Positions 38,068 through 47,048 of a stretch of 64,000 nucleotides of DNA are shown in pieces. This DNA is from a virus: the IMG/VR virus record IMGVR_UViG_3300043774_001004, positions 1-64,000 of that record; one strand, written 5' to 3'. Position numbers and translations under genes: made by a program. Each line of letters begins with the position of its first letter. Position 1 is the stretch's first letter. Below the pieces are notes generated by a model. It was not told the origin of the DNA and did no database searches. It saw only the letters and a program-made list of their open reading frames with translations.

Positions 38068-38267
38068 AACTTCTTTCATTCAAAGATTTTGTAGCAGAAG
38101 CAACTATAGGTGGTCAAATGTCACCAAACATTAGCTTTGCTCCAAATCTTGCTTTTGCCCCAATGGCTGAAAATCCTCAGCCAGACCCAGGTGAACAAGA
38201 TCATTTGAATATGCGAAACAGGATGAAGAAGAAAACCCCAAAAAAGAAGAAAAATGAAGAAGGATAA
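38061..38267 (+). CDS. Small protein with LLSFKDFVAE motif and basic tail
   Basis: Variant of the shared N-terminal motif. Confidence 0.5.
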   Translation: MVKLLSFKDFVAEATIGGQMSPNISFAPNLAFAPMAENPQPDPGEQDHLNMRNRMKKKTPKKKKNEEG

Positions 38268-38940
38268 CGTAATAAAATACGGTATAATATCAGTATTTAT
38301 CAGTCTATATCTGATCGTGTCGACGATCTCTATGATACACTCGATCGATTTCTTCGGTCTGTCTAATAGTAAAAGTATGGCATTAGCATTGGCTACTGCT
38401 TTTGAAATTGGACAAGTTGCTGCACTCTGTGGTATACTTATTTTAGATAAAACAAACAGATTTGTAATCTGGTCACTTTTCTTGCTGTTGACGTCAATGC
38501 AGATCATGAGTAATGTTTATTTCTCATATAAATATCTGGGTGACTATTCAACATGGGCTGAACTGTTTGGCCTAGGCGAAGAAGAGCCTATATTCCAAAA
38601 GAGAATGTTGGCAATTATTTCAGGCGGTATATTACCAATAGTTGCTCTAGGTTTTATCAAATCTCTTGTTGATTATTTAAGACCTGCAGGTGAAGAGGAA
38701 GTAAAAGTAGATGCAGAGCCAAGAGAAGACAAAGTAGTTACAATTACTGAAACTGAAGAAGAGCCTGAGATCCTAAGTGACAAATTTGATTCGACTATAA
38801 ATATATCAGATGAGCTTGCTCCTGTTAAAGACGAGACTGTGAAAGAAGTCATGACTAGGAAAGTTGAAATGCCTAGAACACCTGGCCAATATAGAGATCC
38901 TATAACAGGCGGTGGAGCTATAAAAAACAAGGGAAAATAA
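38254..38940 (+). CDS. Four-TM membrane protein with acidic tail (holin-like candidate)
   Basis: Four hydrophobic segments in the first 140 aa. Confidence 0.45.
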   Translation: MKKDNVIKYGIISVFISLYLIVSTISMIHSIDFFGLSNSKSMALALATAFEIGQVAALCGILILDKTNRFVIWSLFLLLTSMQIMSNVYFSYKYLGDYSTWAELFGLGEEEPIFQKRMLAIISGGILPIVALGFIKSLVDYLRPAGEEEVKVDAEPREDKVVTITETEEEPEILSDKFDSTINISDELAPVKDETVKEVMTRKVEMPRTPGQYRDPITGGGAIKNKGK

Positions 38941-38949
38941 TAAGAATGA

Positions 38950-39459
38950 ATGGCAATATGTAATGCTATTTCAGAATGTGGTTCAATATATGCTTCAGTT
39001 GAATGTTTAGCTGCAGTAGTACAGGGTGAGAGCTACCACTATGAAATTCAACTCACTAATGCTGACGGTACCCCGTTAGATTTAACACTTTACGATGCTA
39101 TCGTAATGAAATTATATGGTGAAGCCGTAGACATTACTTATGAGAGTCTTTATTATGGTTACTGGGGATGGCCATTTCCTTTGAATAGCGAAATTCAGAA
39201 TGAGCTTTATGTCTTACAAACAACTGAAGTGCCTTCAGGCACTACTGTGCCGATTATAGTTAATGAAGGCATGATAGCATTTGATCTAGACTATGAGCTG
39301 ACCAGATATTTCAATACTGGTAAATTATACGCAGAAATTAAACTTAAACAACAAAATTCAGGCACTGGAGGATTCCTTGAGCAGCCTGTTTATACAACAA
39401 TAACTTGCTTAAAAATAGGAAATGTGAAAGGTTCTAAAACCAGAGATTTCTTCTTCTAA
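38950..39459 (+). CDS. Putative virion structural protein (BppU N-terminal-like)
   Basis: QGE......LT..DGTPLDLT motif; precedes the fibre gene. Confidence 0.45.
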   Translation: MAICNAISECGSIYASVECLAAVVQGESYHYEIQLTNADGTPLDLTLYDAIVMKLYGEAVDITYESLYYGYWGWPFPLNSEIQNELYVLQTTEVPSGTTVPIIVNEGMIAFDLDYELTRYFNTGKLYAEIKLKQQNSGTGGFLEQPVYTTITCLKIGNVKGSKTRDFFF

Positions 39460-39474
39460 ACAAAGAGACTAGGA

Positions 39475-42400
39475 ATGCCGATACCTTTAAATGAGCCACC
39501 ACAGAGGATAACGAATGAACCGCCTACAGGGGTCATTAAGTTAACCAGAGAGCTTCAATTACTGAAGCCTGTGCTCACGTCTGATGGTGTCTTTACTGAT
39601 AGAATTACTCTTAACAATACATTTCTTGTTCTTGACTGGAATAACTGGCCTGAACTTGAATACGACGTCGTCGATGATCTTTATCAAATTAGAATAGGGG
39701 CATCAGGCACTAGTGGTACTGGTGGAATAGGAGCAGCTATCACAATTTTAGACGAGGGTAATCCTGTTACAACTAATGTCAGCTCAATCAATTTTGTAGG
39801 TGATATAATTACAGCACAGTCCCTAGATCCTCTCGATCCAACTGCAGTTACTGTAACTGTTACTACTCCTGCCCAAACCGAATTTTATTCATGTTCACCA
39901 TGGCAGATTTTAAGTACAAACAATACTCCGGCACTTCTTTCTACAAATAACGGCCGTGCAAATCTTAACGATAATACACCGCAATTTGTCAACACTCTAT
40001 ATTTACATGTAGATGACTTTAACGGTACAGATCAGGCTACATGGATAGATTCATGGCAGGACAGTGGAGCATATGGCTATATTAGTTTAACTGGTATTAC
40101 AACTGGCGCATACCTAAATGGTTATGTCACTGGTACTTTCCCAGGCACTAACACAAGAGAGATATACATAAATGTACTTTCTTATAGTTCAACTGATTTT
40201 ATAAATGGTGAAAAACTAGTTGTTTGTTTTACACAAAACGGTGCAAATGGTACATCTGGTTCAAGTGGTACATCAGGAACTAGCGGAGCAACATACGGCA
40301 CCAGTGGCTCATCTGGTACTAGAGGCACTAGTGGTACCAGCGGTAAAGGTACATCTGGCTCATCAGGTTCATCTGGCTCATCGGGTTCAAGTGGTACTAT
40401 AGGTACTTCAGGTACGTCTGGTACTACATTTGGATCTAGTGGTTTAGACGGTACAGCAGGTACAAGCGGTACTACTGGTATAGATGGTTCAAGCGGTACA
40501 TCTGGTCAAAATGGTACCAGCGGATCATCCGGATCCTCAGGTTCATCAGGAACCAGCGGTGTTACAGGTTCATCAGGAACCAGCGGTGTTACAGGTTCAT
40601 CAGGAACCAGCGGTGTTAATGGAACAAGTGGTATAGACGGTTCTAGTGGAACCAGTGGAGCTAATGGCACTAGAGGTACAAGTGGTACAAGTGGCAATAC
40701 AGGTTCTAGTGGAACTAGTGGAGCTAATGGCACTAGAGGTACAAGCGGTTTATCAGGAACGAGCGGTAATGATGGTTTAAATGGTTTACCGGGTACTTCA
40801 GGAACAAGTGGTTCAAGTGGCACTAGAGGGACATCTGGATTATCAGGTTCAAATGGAACCAGTGGTGTAACAGGTTCGTCAGGAACAAGTGGTGTTAATG
40901 GTTCTTCAGGAACAAGTGGTGCCAATGGCACAAGTGGTTCAAGCGGCACTAGAGGAACATCTGGATCTTCAGGTTCATCGGGAACAAGTGGTGTAACAGG
41001 TTCATCAGGAACCAGTGGTGCCAATGGCTCATCAGGAACCAGTGGTGCCAATGGCTCATCAGGAACCAGTGGTGCCAATGGCACTAGAGGCTCATCTGGA
41101 TCTTCAGGTTCATCAGGAACAAGTGGTAATACAGGTTCATCAGGAACAAGCGGTAATAATGGCTCAAATGGTACTAGAGGTTCAAGTGGCTCAAGCGGTA
41201 CTAGTGGTGTAGGTACAAGTGGTACTTCAGGTAATAATGGCTCAAATGGTACTAGAGGCTCATCTGGCTCAAGTGGTACATCAGGTCCTGCAGGTTCTTC
41301 AGGTACAAGCGGTGCTGATGGTAATAATGGCTCAAATGGTACTAGAGGTTCAAGTGGCTCAAGCGGTACTAGTGGTGTAGGTACAAGTGGTACTTCAGGT
41401 AATAATGGCTCAAATGGTACTAGAGGCTCATCTGGGTCAAGTGGTACATCAGGTCCTGCAGGTTCAAGCGGTACAAGCGGTGCTGATGGTAATAATGGCT
41501 CAAATGGTACTAGAGGTTCAAGTGGCTCAAGCGGTACTTCAGGTAATGATGGTTTAAATGGTACATCTGGTAGTAGCGGTTCGTCTGGAACTAGAGGTTC
41601 TTCAGGTACATCTGGTAGTAGCGGTTCGTCTGGCTCATCTGGCTCATCTGGCTCATCTGGTTCTTCAGGCACTTCAGGTACTAGAGGTACTTCAGGTACA
41701 TCTGGACAAGACGGAGCAGCTGCACCGGGTTGCTATGAGTATTTCTTAAAACTTAACGGTGCCACTGGAGGAAGCCCTTCAGCTCTGACTCCAGGTGAGG
41801 CATATCAAAACGTAGCAGCTGCTGCATCCATTACGGAATTTGCTATATACGAAATTGATGCTAACTCTCTAGATATTTCTTCTTTTCTAAATACTATAAC
41901 AGCAGGTTGTACAATTACAGTAACTGGTCAGACAAGTGGAGCAACTCTTACTGCAACCATTGGTTCAGTAAACATCATATCAGGTACAATATATCGTTTT
42001 ACAGGTTTAACTGTTATTGCATCTAGTGGTACTTTTATAACAGCGAATGTCGGTACAGAATTAGCATGGGTTTGTTTCTCATGTGCCGGTACAAGCGGTA
42101 ATAGCGGTACTTCAGGTACAAGTGCTGTAGGTACTTCGGGCACATCAGGAGCTAATGGTCTTTCTTTAGTTACTACAACGACTGGAGGAGGTGTAGTAGA
42201 AGTTAGCCCAGGTTGTTTTCAAAATACGGGTGCTGCAGGTTTTGGTAACTATGTCTATAGCGACCAGGCCTACACAAATGCATATATTTCAGTTACTATA
42301 TCAAATACTGGAGTATATGCAACAGGCTTAAGTACTAATCAAATACCCGTAGTTACATCACCTCCAGTAGCAGGTAATTATGACTATTGGATCTTCTTTG

Positions 42401-43800
42401 GTGCTGGAGGTACTGGTACAGCTTATGGCCCAGGTGGTGTTGTGTTAGCTAATTTTATAACACCTGGTTTCTTTTCAGCCGGTGATATTATAACAATCGT
42501 CTGGGATGGCTCACTTGCAACATATTATCAAAATGGTGTTGTAATAGCTACCACTACATTACCGCCTACAGGAGGAAACCCTCTATACGGTTCAACTGTT
42601 TTGAGCTCAACTGGTGACCAAGTATGTGACTTTATATTTGGACCAGTCGGACAAGGAGGTACTGGTACATCCGGTACTTCAGGCACAACAGGTCCTACAG
42701 GTACATCTGGTACTTCAGGAAACAATGGTACATCTGGTACAAGTGGAGCTAATGGTACAAGCGGTACTTCAGGTTCAAATGGCACTGCAGGTACTTCAGG
42801 TTCTTCATCAATATGCCCATGTATCTGTGCAGAATGGGTTATTAAACCTACAACAAATCCTGCAGCCGGTCAAGGAGTTCTAAATCCTACATTAGTTGCT
42901 ACAGGTATTACAAGCATCAATCTACACAATACTGACGCTAATTCTATAAACCAGGCGGCTTGGTTTGCTACATGGACCGGAGGCGGTAATTGGATAATGG
43001 TTGGTCAGTCAAGTGGAGCTACTGCAAGTGGCTTTACAACTAGTGTTAATACATCGCCTGGTGGTTTTACTGGCGTGTCACTCGGTGTTACAGTTGTTAG
43101 CGGTTCTGGAACTTTTACAGCAAATGAAACTATAACATTCTGCTTTGATCCAACAGGAGGTGGAGGAACAGGTACTTCAGGTACATCTGGAACTAGCCCC
43201 GGAGGAGGTGGCGGTACATCTGGTACTTCAGGATCATCTGGAACCAGAGGCACATCAGGTGTAAATGGAGCAACAGGTCCTGCAGGTACATCAGGAACAT
43301 CAGGTGCCGGAGGAGGAAAAGCTATAACGCCAATAGCAGAAAGTTCATGTCAAATTACAGACAATAGTACAATTTACGTAGGCGACTCGAAGGCAGGATG
43401 GGCAGGCCCCGGCTGGGATGTTCAGCGTACAGGAGGCTTGACGATCAGTATTAACAGTGCATGGTGTTTAATTAAAATACCAACAGAATTTACCGGCGGT
43501 GTTGATGCGTTTAAACTATGTGCTTCAGGTTATTGTGCTTCATGTGACGATTCTGACAATATCGGCGCAGCCGTATGGATTGTAAGTTGTGCAGATCTTG
43601 AAGGTGCTACAACTGATATTGATCTTGTACTCTGGGACAATTTTAGTACTAAGTATTATAGAAACGGAACTTTTTGTCTTACCGGATCAGATAAAGCCCC
43701 TAAGACAATTCCAGCATGTGATATGCTTCTTATAGGTTTTTATTCTACTGGTGGTACATCCGATACCGTTAATATAACCTGGCGATTAGACGAGGTATAA
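39475..43800 (+). CDS. Large fibre-like protein with (Gly-Ser/Thr-Ser)n collagen-like repeats and Cys-bounded globular domains
   Basis: About 490 aa of almost uninterrupted G-X-Y triplets (GTS, GSS, GTR, GAN) plus three related ~120-aa domains. Confidence 0.8.
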   Translation: MPIPLNEPPQRITNEPPTGVIKLTRELQLLKPVLTSDGVFTDRITLNNTFLVLDWNNWPELEYDVVDDLYQIRIGASGTSGTGGIGAAITILDEGNPVTTNVSSINFVGDIITAQSLDPLDPTAVTVTVTTPAQTEFYSCSPWQILSTNNTPALLSTNNGRANLNDNTPQFVNTLYLHVDDFNGTDQATWIDSWQDSGAYGYISLTGITTGAYLNGYVTGTFPGTNTREIYINVLSYSSTDFINGEKLVVCFTQNGANGTSGSSGTSGTSGATYGTSGSSGTRGTSGTSGKGTSGSSGSSGSSGSSGTIGTSGTSGTTFGSSGLDGTAGTSGTTGIDGSSGTSGQNGTSGSSGSSGSSGTSGVTGSSGTSGVTGSSGTSGVNGTSGIDGSSGTSGANGTRGTSGTSGNTGSSGTSGANGTRGTSGLSGTSGNDGLNGLPGTSGTSGSSGTRGTSGLSGSNGTSGVTGSSGTSGVNGSSGTSGANGTSGSSGTRGTSGSSGSSGTSGVTGSSGTSGANGSSGTSGANGSSGTSGANGTRGSSGSSGSSGTSGNTGSSGTSGNNGSNGTRGSSGSSGTSGVGTSGTSGNNGSNGTRGSSGSSGTSGPAGSSGTSGADGNNGSNGTRGSSGSSGTSGVGTSGTSGNNGSNGTRGSSGSSGTSGPAGSSGTSGADGNNGSNGTRGSSGSSGTSGNDGLNGTSGSSGSSGTRGSSGTSGSSGSSGSSGSSGSSGSSGTSGTRGTSGTSGQDGAAAPGCYEYFLKLNGATGGSPSALTPGEAYQNVAAAASITEFAIYEIDANSLDISSFLNTITAGCTITVTGQTSGATLTATIGSVNIISGTIYRFTGLTVIASSGTFITANVGTELAWVCFSCAGTSGNSGTSGTSAVGTSGTSGANGLSLVTTTTGGGVVEVSPGCFQNTGAAGFGNYVYSDQAYTNAYISVTISNTGVYATGLSTNQIPVVTSPPVAGNYDYWIFFGAGGTGTAYGPGGVVLANFITPGFFSAGDIITIVWDGSLATYYQNGVVIATTTLPPTGGNPLYGSTVLSSTGDQVCDFIFGPVGQGGTGTSGTSGTTGPTGTSGTSGNNGTSGTSGANGTSGTSGSNGTAGTSGSSSICPCICAEWVIKPTTNPAAGQGVLNPTLVATGITSINLHNTDANSINQAAWFATWTGGGNWIMVGQSSGATASGFTTSVNTSPGGFTGVSLGVTVVSGSGTFTANETITFCFDPTGGGGTGTSGTSGTSPGGGGGTSGTSGSSGTRGTSGVNGATGPAGTSGTSGAGGGKAITPIAESSCQITDNSTIYVGDSKAGWAGPGWDVQRTGGLTISINSAWCLIKIPTEFTGGVDAFKLCASGYCASCDDSDNIGAAVWIVSCADLEGATTDIDLVLWDNFSTKYYRNGTFCLTGSDKAPKTIPACDMLLIGFYSTGGTSDTVNITWRLDEV
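40240..41710 (+). repeat. Gly-X-Y coding repeat tract including a 168-bp tandem duplication
   Basis: GGTAATAATGGCTCAAATGGTACTAGAGGTTCAAGT at 41152, 41320, 41488. Confidence 0.9.
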
Positions 43801-43837
43801 ACAATTTAATAGTCAGTTGTATAATTACTAAAAAGTA

Positions 43838-45502
43838 ATGCAGAGACTTTTAGTAATAACCCCACATCTTTCTACCGGCGGTTTACCACAATTTCTTTAT
43901 AAAAAACTTACTGTACTCAAGGATCGATTTGAGATACATGTAGTAGAATGGGATGATATTACAGGTGGTGTCTTGGTCGTACAAAGAAACCTGATTAAGA
44001 ATCTAGTTGGCCAAAATTTCTATACACTTGGCGCTAATAAAAATCAAATTCTAGAAATCATACAACGGGTTAAACCCAATGTCATTCACTTTGAAGAATT
44101 TCCAGAAACTTTTATAGACACTAAACTCGCCCAACGTATATTTTCTGATAAAGGATATTACATTACCGAAACTACACATGGTACTGGCTTTAAAAAAGAG
44201 GATAAACTTTTCAAGGCTGATAAAACCATGTTTGTTTCTGATATCAATTATACGCAATACGACTCTGTTACAAACAGGTCTGAGGTTATCAAACACCCAA
44301 TAGTCAAGAACAGAGAGTCTATTTTATTAGAATTAGGTTTAGATCCAGATTATTTTCATGTCTTAAATGTCGGCCTATTTACACCTGGTAAAAATCAGGC
44401 TGAGATCATTGGATATGCAAGAAGGCTAAAGGATAAAAAAATACAATTCCATTTTGTTGGCAATCAGGCTGGTAATTTTGAAAGTTACTGGAAGCCAATA
44501 ATGGATAGTCTTCCAGATAATTGTAGAGTATGGGGTGAGAGAAATGATGTCTACAGATTCTACAGCGCCATGGACCTGTTTCTGTTTACCTCTATGCTTG
44601 AGAATAGACCCCTTTCTGTGTTAGAAGCCTTAGCCTATAATATGCCAGTGCTGATGTACAATCTCGATAACTACGGCACCGAATTTTCAAATATCGAAGG
44701 TATAAGATTTCTGACAACATTTGAAGAAAATCTAAAAATGATTTATCCAGATATAGAAGAAAAGGTCGAAGAACCTTTCTATACACCCTTTGTTGAAATA
44801 CAAGAAACTGTAGTAGATTTGCCAGAAGGAATACCATGCATACCATGTAAAAATAAGGTTACAGCAATGCATATCTTGACTGATATTGACACTCCTCGTG
44901 AAATTAGATCAATGCAGTCTTTGACAAAACTAAAAGATAGAAAAATCAACTATATTCCTGTAGTCAGTAAAAGATATACTGAATTACCACCTGCTGAAAC
45001 ATGTCAATATCCAGAAAGGATTAGCATGGAACCTGGAGGTAAACTTACACCAGGTCACTATGGTTGTTATCTAGGTCACAGAAAGGCATTTGAAATGGGT
45101 CTAGAAACAAATAGTGACTTTTTACTTATATTTGAATGTGATGCCGTGATAGATGTGCCAATGGCCGAGTTTATGAAAAAGCTTAACTATGCCTGCACTG
45201 TATTACAAGAAACTGATCTTTTCTGGTTTTCATTTGGTTTCCATAACAATACAAACATTATAGAAAAGAATGAAAATTATTGGATAGTTGATGGCTTCTT
45301 TGGAGCACATGCCTATCTGATACCTAAAAAATCATTCGCCGAATTTAAAGAAATGTATGAAAAGAGCAAATGGAATGTAGCAGACCTATTATTTGTAGAA
45401 AAACTAAGTCACAAGAAAGCCGGTATATTTGAAAAGCCTTTAACATTACAGGCTGCAGGTTATTCTATACTTGATAAAATTGAAACCAATGACAGACACT
45501 AG
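43838..45502 (+). CDS. Fusion glycosyltransferase (GT4-like N-terminus + GT25-like C-terminus)
   Basis: HLSTGG.P, VGLFTPGKNQ, E.RPL..LEAL; GHYGCYLGH, IFECDA, GAHAYL. Confidence 0.8.
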   Translation: MQRLLVITPHLSTGGLPQFLYKKLTVLKDRFEIHVVEWDDITGGVLVVQRNLIKNLVGQNFYTLGANKNQILEIIQRVKPNVIHFEEFPETFIDTKLAQRIFSDKGYYITETTHGTGFKKEDKLFKADKTMFVSDINYTQYDSVTNRSEVIKHPIVKNRESILLELGLDPDYFHVLNVGLFTPGKNQAEIIGYARRLKDKKIQFHFVGNQAGNFESYWKPIMDSLPDNCRVWGERNDVYRFYSAMDLFLFTSMLENRPLSVLEALAYNMPVLMYNLDNYGTEFSNIEGIRFLTTFEENLKMIYPDIEEKVEEPFYTPFVEIQETVVDLPEGIPCIPCKNKVTAMHILTDIDTPREIRSMQSLTKLKDRKINYIPVVSKRYTELPPAETCQYPERISMEPGGKLTPGHYGCYLGHRKAFEMGLETNSDFLLIFECDAVIDVPMAEFMKKLNYACTVLQETDLFWFSFGFHNNTNIIEKNENYWIVDGFFGAHAYLIPKKSFAEFKEMYEKSKWNVADLLFVEKLSHKKAGIFEKPLTLQAAGYSILDKIETNDRH

Positions 45503-47048
45503 AAAAGGATTCATAATTACCTATTTTAAGACATCAGACCAGGGTGAGCAATTGCTTAAAGATCTTGTAGACACGATGAGTCGTGAAAACTATTATCTGG
45601 TTTTGGCTTCACATTCACCTGTGCCAGTTGAAATTTATTCAAAGTGTGATTACTATATTTACCAGGAATTAAATGTTGTAGATAATAGAAAATACTCACA
45701 TGGCGTTGCAGAAAGCAACCTGATAGAACTTGCGCTTCTCCATCTAGCATATAAAGAAATTGAATGGACTTATAAAGTATGTTATGATATTCAAGTCAAT
45801 GATGTAACCCATTTTGAAAATTGGATAAAGGATGGCTACAATTTTGTAACATGTAATTGGGGTGAATACTACGTTTGCACTAATTCATTTTATGGTAGCG
45901 TTGATTGGCTTTTATCAAACATAACATTCTACAAAAAAGTGAATGAAATGTTTTCAGACAGCAATGTACTTGAATTATGTTGGCAAAAATCAATAGAAAA
46001 CAACGGTCTTAAGGGTGAAGTTTACACATGGTCAAACAAGACTGAGTTTTTTGGGCCTAATAAGATTGACATTCTTTATTATGACTATGACAGATTTCAG
46101 TTTTGGTATAGTGAAGATGAGCGAAGGTTTTATATACAAAATAATGGGTCTAACATCAGCTGTGAAGTTAAAATTTTTGAGTATTACACTGATCTATGCA
46201 TTTACGGAAACAGATTTAATTTATCTACAAATGATTCCCACTGGGTAATTCCACCAATGTCTGAATTTGTAAATAATTGCAAAAATGGTTTTTATGCTGA
46301 ATTTTACATTGACGGTAATGTCATTAGAAAAAACATAAACATTAGAAATTTTGAAGAAAAACATCCTCTTTCAAAAACATTTAAAGTCTTAAAAAAGGGT
46401 GAAAAAAGATTCGCAGAGTATGTTGCATTCAATGAATATCTCCAGTACAGACACTTAAATATAGATCTAGATAAAATTAAAAACTATGTAGATATTGGTG
46501 CTAATTATGGTTTTGCTAGTTTACCTTTCACGGAAAGAAAGTCTAAGATATACATGGTCGATGCGGATAAGGGTAATATAGATCTATTAAATGAGACATA
46601 TGGTAATCGACATAATATAAAAATAATCTATAAAGCGATTTGTGATGTAGACGGTTCTGTAGATTTTTATAATGATGTACATAACAGCCTTGTTTCTAGT
46701 ATAGATCCAATCGGACACGGTGGAGATAGTGTTAGAAATAAAGTCACTGTTCCTTCAATGACGATCAATACATTTATGGATAAGTATTTAGAAGAAGATG
46801 AGGTTGATTTAATGAAAATTGATATAGAAGGTGCAGAATATAGTTTATTCAGGGCTGCAACTGAAGCAAATCTTAAAAGAGTAAAAAGTTTTTTGATTGA
46901 GTTTCACGGTAATGATAATTTTCAAATAATGGAAATTATACAAAAATTGGCTAAATGTGATTTTAATTATAGAATCGATAATAGCTGGGGAAAAAATGAC
47001 GAGTATATGGTTGAAAATAAAGCAGGTATAATTTATGCATGGAGATAA
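45489..47048 (+). CDS. FkbM-family methyltransferase fused to an unknown GT-like N-terminal domain
   Basis: VDIGANYG, DLMKIDIEGAE, IEFH. Confidence 0.8.
   Translation: MTDTRKGFIITYFKTSDQGEQLLKDLVDTMSRENYYLVLASHSPVPVEIYSKCDYYIYQELNVVDNRKYSHGVAESNLIELALLHLAYKEIEWTYKVCYDIQVNDVTHFENWIKDGYNFVTCNWGEYYVCTNSFYGSVDWLLSNITFYKKVNEMFSDSNVLELCWQKSIENNGLKGEVYTWSNKTEFFGPNKIDILYYDYDRFQFWYSEDERRFYIQNNGSNISCEVKIFEYYTDLCIYGNRFNLSTNDSHWVIPPMSEFVNNCKNGFYAEFYIDGNVIRKNINIRNFEEKHPLSKTFKVLKKGEKRFAEYVAFNEYLQYRHLNIDLDKIKNYVDIGANYGFASLPFTERKSKIYMVDADKGNIDLLNETYGNRHNIKIIYKAICDVDGSVDFYNDVHNSLVSSIDPIGHGGDSVRNKVTVPSMTINTFMDKYLEEDEVDLMKIDIEGAEYSLFRAATEANLKRVKSFLIEFHGNDNFQIMEIIQKLAKCDFNYRIDNSWGKNDEYMVENKAGIIYAWR

Noticed and set aside
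40506-41672. 388-aa Pro-rich minus-strand ORF (PLVP/PDEP repeats)
   Set aside because: Antisense shadow of the Gly-Ser/Thr codon repeats on the + strand
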